Positions 56,719 through 64,000 of a stretch of DNA of 64,000 nt are shown piece by piece. A program made the translations under genes and the position numbers. The first letter of the stretch is position 1. Each line of letters starts with the position of its first letter. This stretch comes from Methanomassiliicoccales archaeon (GTDB lineage Archaea > Thermoplasmatota > Thermoplasmata > Methanomassiliicoccales > UBA472), in assembly GCA_026394375.1 (NCBI GenBank), contig JAPKYJ010000024.1, positions 35,259 through 99,258 of the forward strand. Reading direction: 5' to 3'. The notes beneath the pieces are model-generated. The model was not told the origin of the DNA. It made no database searches and saw nothing but the letters and a program-made list of their open reading frames with translations.

Positions 56719-56791
56719 GGGAAGGTCTGGGCTAGTTTTCAGAGTGCATCCCATCCCTTCTGATCAGGCTAGCCCTTCCCACCCCTTTTTT
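56719..56791 (+). ncRNA. Candidate stand-alone small hairpin RNA
   Basis: TTTAAATA box at 56689-56696; long hairpin GGGAA/TTCCC, GGGCTAG/CTAGCCC, TCAGA/TCTGA with a C-rich loop; T6 terminator; separate promoter for srp54 downstream. Confidence 0.55.
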
Positions 56792-56853
56792 CTTATTCAT
56801 TAGGAACAAAGGTTATCTATTGTCGTTGTGGTTGCCGTGGCAGGTGAACGATA

Positions 56854-58194
56854 GTGGTGCTTGAAGGCCTGGGGCGATCTCTGCGGGACGCGCTGAAGAA
56901 GGTCGCCAACGCCAGCAGCGTGGACGAGAAGCTGGTGAAGGAGGTCACCAAGGATATCCAGAGGGCGCTGCTGCAGGCCGATGTGAACGTGAAGCTCGTG
57001 CTCGAAATGACCAAGGAGGTCGAGCGCCGCGCGTTGACGGAAAAGCCACCGGCGGGCATGGCGGCCAGGGAGCACGTGGTGCGGATCATCTACGAGGAGC
57101 TGGTGAAGGTGTTGGGCGAGAAAAAGGCTCTGCCCCTCTCCAAACAGACCATCATGATGGTCGGTCTCTACGGCCAAGGCAAGACGACCACCTCCGGCAA
57201 GTTGGCCCGATACTTCCATAAGAAGGGATTGAAGGTCGGCCTGGTGGCCGCGGACGTGCACCGGCCGGCGGCCTATGAGCAGCTGAGGCAGATCGGGGAG
57301 CAGATCGGGGTGCCGGTCTTCGGGAACCAAGAGGAGAAGGACGCTGCCCGGATAGTGACGGAGGGCATAAGGCACTTCGAAGGCAGCGACGTCATCATAA
57401 TCGATACTTCGGGACGGCACGCGCTAGAGAAAGACCTTATCGATGAGGTCAAGAAGGTGGCGGAGATCGCCAAACCGAACGAGCGCATATTGGTGCTCGA
57501 TGCTTCGACCGGTCAGCAGGCCGGTCCGCAGGCCCAGGCGTTCCACGATGCGATCGGGGTGACGAGCGTGATACTCACCAAGCTCGACGGCACGGCCAAG
57601 GGCGGTGGGGCTTTGAGCGCGGTCGCCCGGACGAAGGCGCCCATCGTTTTCATCGGGGTCGGGGAGCACTTGGAGGACCTGGACCCTTTCAATCCTGAGC
57701 GCTTCATATCTCGGTTGTTAGGAATGGGCGACATCCAGACCTTGCTGGAGAAGGCCAAGGAACAGATGACCGAGGAGGAAGCCTTGGAGACGACCAAGAA
57801 GATCATGTCCGGGCGCTTCACCCTCAAGGAGATGTACGAGCAGATGGAGATGCTCACCAACATGGGACCGCTGAAGAAGCTGCTCTCCATGCTGCCCGGC
57901 ATGCCGGGCATGTCTGACAAGATCGACATCGAGGAGTCGCAGAAGCGCCTCGGCACCTACCGCATCATCATGGACTCCATGACCGACGAGGAGATGGAGA
58001 ACCCCCGCCTCATCAAGTCCTCCCGCGTTCTTCGCATAGCCAAGGGGGCAGGGGTGGACCCTAAGGAAGTCCGCTCCCTTCTGCACCAATACAATGACAG
58101 CAAGAAGGCGGTCAAGGGGCTCATGGGCAACCGCAAGCTCCGCCGGCAGCTGATGAAGCAGTTCGAGTCTGGGGAGATGGGGCTGAAGCCATGA
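56854..58194 (+). CDS. srp54: Signal recognition particle protein SRP54
   Basis: ALLQADVN, GLYGQGKTT, DTSGRH, TKLDGTAKGGGALS, M-domain IIMDSMT. Confidence 0.97.
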   Translation: MVLEGLGRSLRDALKKVANASSVDEKLVKEVTKDIQRALLQADVNVKLVLEMTKEVERRALTEKPPAGMAAREHVVRIIYEELVKVLGEKKALPLSKQTIMMVGLYGQGKTTTSGKLARYFHKKGLKVGLVAADVHRPAAYEQLRQIGEQIGVPVFGNQEEKDAARIVTEGIRHFEGSDVIIIDTSGRHALEKDLIDEVKKVAEIAKPNERILVLDASTGQQAGPQAQAFHDAIGVTSVILTKLDGTAKGGGALSAVARTKAPIVFIGVGEHLEDLDPFNPERFISRLLGMGDIQTLLEKAKEQMTEEEALETTKKIMSGRFTLKEMYEQMEMLTNMGPLKKLLSMLPGMPGMSDKIDIEESQKRLGTYRIIMDSMTDEEMENPRLIKSSRVLRIAKGAGVDPKEVRSLLHQYNDSKKAVKGLMGNRKLRRQLMKQFESGEMGLKP

Positions 58195-58790
58195 GGCGCT
58201 TCGTGGTCATAGGACATCGGGCGGTGACGTCGGGCGACTTCAAACTAGACGACCTCGCCGGGGGAACGGGGCGCTTGGATGTCCTGCTCCGCTGCATCAA
58301 TTCCGCTTTCTTCCTTTCCCACAACATCCGCCGAGATACGGAGATCCATCTGATATTGCAGGGACCGCCGCATCCTCCCAAGACCGTTCGCTTGGTCGGA
58401 TCGGAGCTGAAGTATCTGAACCCGGACGAGCGCAGCACGGCCGCCTTGGTCCGGAACGCTTTGCTGCAGAAGGTGGCCGCGGAGGAGCGATCGTCTCCGG
58501 GCATCTACGTCTCCAACCGCTCTTATCGCGACGTGCTCTCCCTCGTCCCGAAAGGCGAGCAGATCGTGTACCTGCGCGAGGACGGGACCGATGTACGGGA
58601 GTTCCAGTTCGAGCAGGACGTGACCTTCGTCCTAGGCGACGACCAGGACCTGACGCTGGAGGAGGAGGGCATGCTGCTCAAGTACGAACCGAAGATCATC
58701 TCCCTCGGTCCGGCCTCCTACCACGCCGATCACTGCATCAGCACTGTCAACAACGAACTGGACAGACGCTGGCTGTCGAAGAGCGACTAG
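58191..58790 (+). CDS. trmY: tRNA (pseudouridine(54)-N1)-methyltransferase
   Basis: DLAGGTGRLDVLLRC, FFLSHNIRRD, LNPDERS, SPGIYV, FVLGD, SLGP. Confidence 0.92.
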   Translation: MRRFVVIGHRAVTSGDFKLDDLAGGTGRLDVLLRCINSAFFLSHNIRRDTEIHLILQGPPHPPKTVRLVGSELKYLNPDERSTAALVRNALLQKVAAEERSSPGIYVSNRSYRDVLSLVPKGEQIVYLREDGTDVREFQFEQDVTFVLGDDQDLTLEEEGMLLKYEPKIISLGPASYHADHCISTVNNELDRRWLSKSD

Positions 58791-59971
58791 GTCAGAGGCC
58801 GCTCCTTGACCTTGGACGCCATGAGCTTGCCCAGCTCCGCGGCCTTCTGCAGGTCCGTTTCCATCGGCCTGCCGTTCACTTCTACCGCACCCAACAGCTC
58901 GATCTTCGTCGGACCGAGGATATCGAGGGCTTGCTTCACCGCCCCCCCACCCCAGCCGAAGGATGAGAGAACGGCGGCGTACTTCGCTGGAGGCTTGAAC
59001 GCCTTAACCAAGGCTGCGGCATAGAGCCCCTGCGGATGCAACCCTCCCAGCACCGTCGGGGCGCCGAGCACGATGCCTTCGGCGTCGACCAGCTCTCCGG
59101 CGAGGGAAGCGACCTCCGACTCGGCCAAGTTGAAGACCCGGACGTCGACGCCTTGGTCCAGCATGGCCTGCACCATAGCCTCCACTAGTTGTTGAGTGGA
59201 ACGCCACATGGAGACGTAGGCCACGACCACCTTGCGCACCGTCCGTCCGTTGGTCCAGTTGCGGTACAGCCCCATGATGTGTCCGGGATCGTCATGCATC
59301 GGTCCGTGGCTGGGCGCGATGAGCTTGATCTCCAGCTTATCCAGCTTATCCATGGCGTTGCGGCCGCTCTTGGCGAAGGGCATCATGATCTCACCGAAAT
59401 ACGTCTTCGCCAGCCAGTCGTAGTCTACTATCTCTTGGGACACGTCCCCGGCCGCGGTGTGCGCACCGAAGAAGTCGCAGGGGAAGAGAATCTTATCTTC
59501 TTCCAGGTAGGTGAACATCGTCTCCGGCCAGTGCAGGAACGGAGCATCGATGAAACGCAATGTCTTGCCACCCAGGTCGATGCGGTCGCCCTCCTTGACC
59601 ACCATGACGCGGTCGACCGGGGGATGGTAGAGGGCCGTCGCCAGCTTCGCCCCCTTCTCCGTCAGCACCAGCTTGGCCCTAGGGCTCCTTTCCAGAATGA
59701 AAGGAATGGCGCTGGCGTGGTCCGGCTCGGCGTGGTTCATTATCAAGTAGTCGATCTTGTCCAAAGGGGTGAGGGTCTCCACCTTGGCCTTCAACTGCTC
59801 CTCGAAGCCCGGGTTGACGGTGTCGATGAGCGCTATTGCCTTCTCCCCTTTCACCAGATAGGAGTTGTAAGTGGTGCCGTGGGGCAGTGGTATCAGACCG
59901 TCGAAAAGCCTCCGGTCCCAATCCCTCGCTCCCACCCAATGCACGCCCTTGGCTAGTTCCCTGACCTCCAT
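58787..59971 (-). CDS. fprA: Flavodiiron protein (A-type flavoprotein)
   Basis: GTTYNSYL, NHAEPDH, LHWPETM, DFFGAH, APSHG, flavodoxin domain YVSMWRST. Confidence 0.92.
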   Translation of the reverse strand: MEVRELAKGVHWVGARDWDRRLFDGLIPLPHGTTYNSYLVKGEKAIALIDTVNPGFEEQLKAKVETLTPLDKIDYLIMNHAEPDHASAIPFILERSPRAKLVLTEKGAKLATALYHPPVDRVMVVKEGDRIDLGGKTLRFIDAPFLHWPETMFTYLEEDKILFPCDFFGAHTAAGDVSQEIVDYDWLAKTYFGEIMMPFAKSGRNAMDKLDKLEIKLIAPSHGPMHDDPGHIMGLYRNWTNGRTVRKVVVAYVSMWRSTQQLVEAMVQAMLDQGVDVRVFNLAESEVASLAGELVDAEGIVLGAPTVLGGLHPQGLYAAALVKAFKPPAKYAAVLSSFGWGGGAVKQALDILGPTKIELLGAVEVNGRPMETDLQKAAELGKLMASKVKERPLT

Positions 59972-60088
59972 AGCTATAGCACCTGAGAGAAGCATTGGCA
60001 GCTCCAAGGATAAAAACCGTGCGGAGGTCCGAAGCTCCGATGCTGGAGAAAGAAGCCTTTTATGGCCTGAAGCGATTAGGCGTCTCGG

Positions 60089-60286
60089 ATGACGGAGAAG
60101 ATACCGCAGCACAAACATTGTCGCCAGTGTGGCAAGGCCTTCATCGGCAAGGAGAACTTCTGTTCCGTTGAGTGCACGGGCACCTCGGACGCCCAGATGA
60201 AGAAGAAGAAACGGCAGCTGCTCATGCTCTATGTCTTCAGCTTCATGATCCTGATCCTCATGATAGTCTTCATAGGGCTCAGATGA
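60089..60286 (+). CDS. DUF2116 family Zn-ribbon membrane protein
   Basis: QHKHCRQCGKA...FCSVEC, C-terminal TM helix. Confidence 0.8.
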   Translation: MTEKIPQHKHCRQCGKAFIGKENFCSVECTGTSDAQMKKKKRQLLMLYVFSFMILILMIVFIGLR

Positions 60287-60291
60287 TCTAT

Positions 60292-61257
60292 ATGAAAGTG
60301 GGCGTTGGCGGCACGTTCGATGTCCTGCACCGCGGGCATAGGGCGCTGCTGGACAAGGCTTTCGAGGTTGGCGACGAGGTGGCGATCGGGCTTACGTCCG
60401 ATGCCTATACCTCCCGGCACAAGGCCAGGTCATCACCGCTGGAGAAGCGCATGCTGGCGGTGCAGGAGTACGCTGCCACAAAAGGCAAGCCTTTCACCGT
60501 GCAACCGATAGACGAACCTCAAGGCACGCTGCTCTCCGATCCCACATTGCAGGGCTTGGTGGTCTCGCCCGAAACATATAAAGAGGCTGACCGGCTGGCA
60601 AAGGAAAGGACGGCATTGGGAATGCCCCCTCTGCGCGTCTTCCGGGTGGAGTACGTCCTGGCCGATGATTGCGTGCCGATATCTTCCACTCGCATCCTCG
60701 AGGGAGAGGTGGACGAGAACGGGAGGATGCTGCGGCCGATGCGCATCGCCGTTGGATCGGAGAACCCCGTCAAAGTGCATGCGGTGGAGAACGTCATGCG
60801 CCGCATCTACGGCGAGGTGAAGATGTATCCGTTGCGCGTTTCTGCCTCCGTTCCAGCTGAGCCCTGGGGGGAAGAGGTCGAAAGAGGAGCGGTGGAGAGA
60901 GCTCGTCGCTGCCTAGGCCGGAACGACTACGGAGTAGGCGTGGAAGCGGGCATTTTCGAGCATGAGGGAGAGCTGTATGACGTGCAGTTCTGCGCCGTGG
61001 CCGACAAGATGGATAGGGTGACGATCGGCCATGGGTCGGGATTCTGCTATCCTCCAAAGGTCGCCGCGCTCCTGCGCCATGGAAGCACGATAGGCGAGGC
61101 GTTCCAAAACCTCTATGGCCAGGAACGCACTGGGCGAGGGGTAGGGGCGATAGGCTACCTCACTCACGGCCTTCTGCCGAGGTCAGAACTCACCGAGCAG
61201 GCGGTGGTGGCCGCCATGGTCCCCCGGATAAGAAAGGAGCTCTATTTCGAAGGCTGA
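60292..61257 (+). CDS. coaD: Bifunctional phosphopantetheine adenylyltransferase / inosine-xanthosine triphosphatase (YjjX-like)
   Basis: VGGTFDVLHRGH, VVSPET, ISSTRI; then GSENPVKVHAV, GVEAG, GAIGYLTHG. Confidence 0.88.
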   Translation: MKVGVGGTFDVLHRGHRALLDKAFEVGDEVAIGLTSDAYTSRHKARSSPLEKRMLAVQEYAATKGKPFTVQPIDEPQGTLLSDPTLQGLVVSPETYKEADRLAKERTALGMPPLRVFRVEYVLADDCVPISSTRILEGEVDENGRMLRPMRIAVGSENPVKVHAVENVMRRIYGEVKMYPLRVSASVPAEPWGEEVERGAVERARRCLGRNDYGVGVEAGIFEHEGELYDVQFCAVADKMDRVTIGHGSGFCYPPKVAALLRHGSTIGEAFQNLYGQERTGRGVGAIGYLTHGLLPRSELTEQAVVAAMVPRIRKELYFEG

Positions 61258-61478
61258 GCGCCCTTCTGTCTCCGATCGACGAACTGCATGTAGTCCTCGA
61301 ACGACCCACAGTTGCCGATCCCGATGCATTCGAAGCGACGGAACTTGCGACAGTAGAAGCCTTGCTCGTTGAACTCGCATACCGTCGTCTTCTCCGCCGT
61401 GCACATCTCCTTGATGCATCCGAATCCGTTGTAGGGGCCTTTGCACTTGCCTTCCAAATCCAGGTAGGTGCATTCCAT
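61242..61478 (-). CDS. Small Cys-rich protein
   Basis: GGAGG RBS, ATG; 8 Cys; GFYCRKFRRFECIGIGNC..EDYMQ. Confidence 0.7.
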   Translation of the reverse strand: MECTYLDLEGKCKGPYNGFGCIKEMCTAEKTTVCEFNEQGFYCRKFRRFECIGIGNCGSFEDYMQFVDRRQKGAQPSK

Positions 61479-61479
61479 G

Positions 61480-61749
61480 CTAAGGCCTCCATTGCGACTG
61501 CTTGTAGTTGGTGAGGTGCTGCATGTATCCCTCCACCGTGGTGCAGTTCTCCTTTCCCGCGCAGTAGAAGCGCTGGTACTTGGCACAATATAGACCGAAC
61601 CACTGCTCCCGGTCGCAGTCATGGTGGTGTCGGCGCTCACCTGGCTCGTGAGAGATCATCGAGCAAGATTCCTCGCCCACGCAATGCTTCGCGTCCACGG
61701 ACCTATGCGCGCAATAGACCCCACGGTAACGGTACCTGCACGTGACGAC
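61480..61749 (-). CDS. Small Cys-rich protein, paralog of the downstream gene (start unclear)
   Basis: GLYCAKYQRFYCAGKENC..EGYMQ aligns with the downstream protein. Confidence 0.6.
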   Translation of the reverse strand, partial: VVTCRYRYRGVYCAHRSVDAKHCVGEESCSMISHEPGERRHHHDCDREQWFGLYCAKYQRFYCAGKENCTTVEGYMQHLTNYKQSQWRP

Positions 61750-61816
61750 CCCATCCCAGCCAGCTAAGGCAGATGAGTATTGGGCCGACCGCATATAAAT
61801 CTAGCGAAGGAAATGC

Positions 61817-61906
61817 TGGCGCCGAGGGGGAGATTCGAACTCCCGTGGTGCAGAGCACCACCGGCTCTCAAGGCCGGCGCCGTGATCCGGGCTTAGCTAC
61901 CTCGGC
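61817..61906 (-). tRNA. tRNA-Ser (TGA)
   Basis: GCCGAGG/CCTCGGC-GCCA acceptor, CCGGC-CTTGAGA-GCCGG anticodon arm, long variable arm TGGTGC-TCT-GCACCA, GTTCGAATC. Confidence 0.96.
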
Positions 61907-61946
61907 TCGAGCGCACGATGTGCTTCTCGGTATAAGAGAGAAGCGC

Positions 61947-63602
61947 TCACACGATCCTTTCCAGCTTCCCTTCCAGGGCCTTCTCCAGGTCCAGCTCGAA
62001 TCCCACGATGGGGTATCCAAGCTCCGCGCGGACGATGACCTCGGGATGCAGTTCTCCGAAATGCCCGATCGGTTCTCCGCGGACGTATACCTGGGCTGCC
62101 CTCCCCTCGATGTACGTCGGCAGGCTGCAAGGTTCCAAAGAGAACTCCAGCGCCATATCTCTCATGATGCCCTCCAGCAGGGATTTCATCTCCGTGAACG
62201 AGGCCTTGGAATGAATGGCCACGGCGGCCAGCTTGCGCCTTCTGGCCGTTCCTACGAGAACATCGCCCACCTCGAAGATGCGCTGCGGCAGGTCCCGGTG
62301 CTTGCTCTTCCTCAGCACCGCCAGCAGCGAAGGCATGAGGTTGATCCTCAGGCAGGTGTGGTCCTCGCTGATGGGGTTGAGCACTTCCACCACTTCCGCC
62401 CTGGGCAGGCGCATGCCCTCGAACTGCTCTTTTTCGCTCGATAATGTCAGGGTGGTGACCTCGTAGTAGCCATAGCCGACCATCATCTGGCGCACCAGGT
62501 CGGAGATGCGCTCTATCCTTCGCTCAGCGCCAAGGGAGTGCACCTCCGGTCGCTTGCTGCCGAACTTGGCGTAGCCGTAGCCCTTGGCCACGTCCTCGAC
62601 CAGGTCCACGGGATGCAGGATGTCCGTGCGAGTGGCGGGGACCTGCACCTTCAGCTTCTTCTTCAATGGCTTGGCGGCGTATCCCATGCGCTCCAGGCAG
62701 GCGGCCGTCTCTTGGGTGGTGAGGTTCAATCCCAGCCATTGATTGCAGTAGCTCTGTTCCAGGTCCCACTTCGCCGGTTTCAGGTTGGGCGTGGTGATGC
62801 GCGTCATGCCCGTCAAACGGACGCTCTGGATGATCCCTCCCCGCTCGGCCAACATCGTGGCCACGATATTCAAGGCACCCGAGACGGCATTGTGGTCGGT
62901 GCCAGTCACGTCGATGAAGAAGTTCTGCGTCTTTTCGGTCACGGCCGTGAGCGTGCCGTTGATGATGGGCGGGAAGGAGAGCACGTTCTTGTTCTTGTCC
63001 AGGATGATCGGGTACTTGTCCTTCCCTTCCAGGATGAAGGCGTAGTCGATGCCTTTCTCGTGCTTCTGCAGGATCTCCCGCAAATTCATCCTTTCCTCCT
63101 TGGCCAGAGGCACGAAGGAGATGGATTCTGGGATCACAGCCTTGTAAACGAACGGCGGGGTGACCCTGTCCAGGTCGTGGATGCCGATGGATACCTTCTC
63201 CCTTTTCCTTCCCATGGTCAGATGCAGCTTCTCCTGCACCTCCATCAGGGAGCGGATTAGGTAATCGTTCATCGTCACGCCACGTACCACGCCCGCAACG
63301 GCGAACGGGCGCACTTCTCGCACGGACGGATCGATGCGCATGCTGATGCCAGACTTCTCCACTGGGTAGGTCTTCAGTCCTCGTTCGAAGCCCAGGAACG
63401 TTCGCAGAGCGCGCGCCACCCCTTCCACCGAGAAAAGGTCCGGCCGGTCGGGGAAGAACTCGATGCCCATCTCCTCCCCCACCTCGTCGTAATGGTGGAA
63501 GTCCGCGCCCATCATGGGAATGGTGTCGATGAGCTCCTGCGGAGGCACCTCCTTTCCTAGGAGGGAGACCAGGTCCCGGTAGTTGAAAGTGATGACTGGC
63601 AT
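61947..63602 (-). CDS. pheT: Phenylalanyl-tRNA synthetase beta subunit (archaeal)
   Basis: PDRPDLFSVEGVARAL, QEKLH, SFPPIING, RTDILHPVDLVEDVA, GELHPEV. Confidence 0.96.
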   Translation of the reverse strand: MPVITFNYRDLVSLLGKEVPPQELIDTIPMMGADFHHYDEVGEEMGIEFFPDRPDLFSVEGVARALRTFLGFERGLKTYPVEKSGISMRIDPSVREVRPFAVAGVVRGVTMNDYLIRSLMEVQEKLHLTMGRKREKVSIGIHDLDRVTPPFVYKAVIPESISFVPLAKEERMNLREILQKHEKGIDYAFILEGKDKYPIILDKNKNVLSFPPIINGTLTAVTEKTQNFFIDVTGTDHNAVSGALNIVATMLAERGGIIQSVRLTGMTRITTPNLKPAKWDLEQSYCNQWLGLNLTTQETAACLERMGYAAKPLKKKLKVQVPATRTDILHPVDLVEDVAKGYGYAKFGSKRPEVHSLGAERRIERISDLVRQMMVGYGYYEVTTLTLSSEKEQFEGMRLPRAEVVEVLNPISEDHTCLRINLMPSLLAVLRKSKHRDLPQRIFEVGDVLVGTARRRKLAAVAIHSKASFTEMKSLLEGIMRDMALEFSLEPCSLPTYIEGRAAQVYVRGEPIGHFGELHPEVIVRAELGYPIVGFELDLEKALEGKLERIV

Positions 63603-63634
63603 GGTTTCACGCCATCCCCTTGAGCGTATTTATA

Positions 63635-64000
63635 TTATCTGCCAAGTGCCTGGTGCGCACTGGCCAGCTGACCGGTGGCTTGAGCGGCAAGCGTGGAAAG
63701 CTCGCCTGCCAGGACCACGGCGGCCACGATCTCCGCGAATTTCTTCGCTTTGCCGGTTCCCAGGCAATTCATGATGGAGAGCGCTTCGCTCTGGCATGGC
63801 AGCTTCGTTCCTCCTCCCACCGTTCCCACTTCTAGGGAGGGAAGCCGGACCGAGATGTACAGGTCGCCGTCCACGACCTCGGCGCTGGTCAAGCCCATGC
63901 TCCCTTCGACCACCTGGGCCGGATCTTGCCCGGTGGCGATGTATACTGCCGCCAGCATGTTCGCCACGTGAGCGTTGAAGCCGTAGGCGAGGGACATGGC
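63635..64000 (-). CDS. hmgA: HMG-CoA reductase (NADPH, class I), C-terminal part (truncated by window edge)
   Basis: [32 protein letters not shown]-containing C-terminus. Confidence 0.93.
   Translation of the reverse strand, partial: AMSLAYGFNAHVANMLAAVYIATGQDPAQVVEGSMGLTSAEVVDGDLYISVRLPSLEVGTVGGGTKLPCQSEALSIMNCLGTGKAKKFAEIVAAVVLAGELSTLAAQATGQLASAHQALGR

Noticed and set aside
589..63260. Numerous long antisense and alternate-frame ORFs in the ORF track
   Set aside because: Expected shadows of high-GC coding genes; they overlap well-supported genes and lack motifs

Overview
High-GC archaeal chromosomal window, most consistent with a Thermoplasmata methanogen (Methanomassiliicoccales-like). 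Support: archaeal LeuRS, an rps19e-PDCD5-rpl39e-rpl31e-eIF6 operon, SRP54, TrmY, PheT, HMG-CoA reductase, methanogenesis marker 2 and a DUF6015-like gene. Most of the window is housekeeping: por/ior oxidoreductases, a peptide ABC transporter, nrdD, hisD, tdh-kbl, purB, fprA, SRP RNA, tRNA-Ala(CGC) and tRNA-Ser(TGA). One accessory zone (about 45.4-51.4 kb) holds two decayed elements stacked at the 3' end of tRNA-Ala. One carries an ABC-2 exporter; the other carries a frameshifted HUH rolling-circle Rep, an origin-like hairpin with iterons, a MITE and an IS5 remnant. Most notable observations: (1) an unannotated stand-alone hairpin RNA (56719-56791) whose apex is complementary over 19 nt to the structured leader of a C-terminally truncated FtsZ paralog lying behind a double-RHH (CdrS-like) gene 51 kb away; (2) a circularly permuted family-5 peptide-binding protein; (3) an SRP RNA with a UGAC (URRC) helix-8 loop; (4) a protein of 11 zinc-ribbon repeats. 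All product calls are by motif recognition only; no database searches were run.
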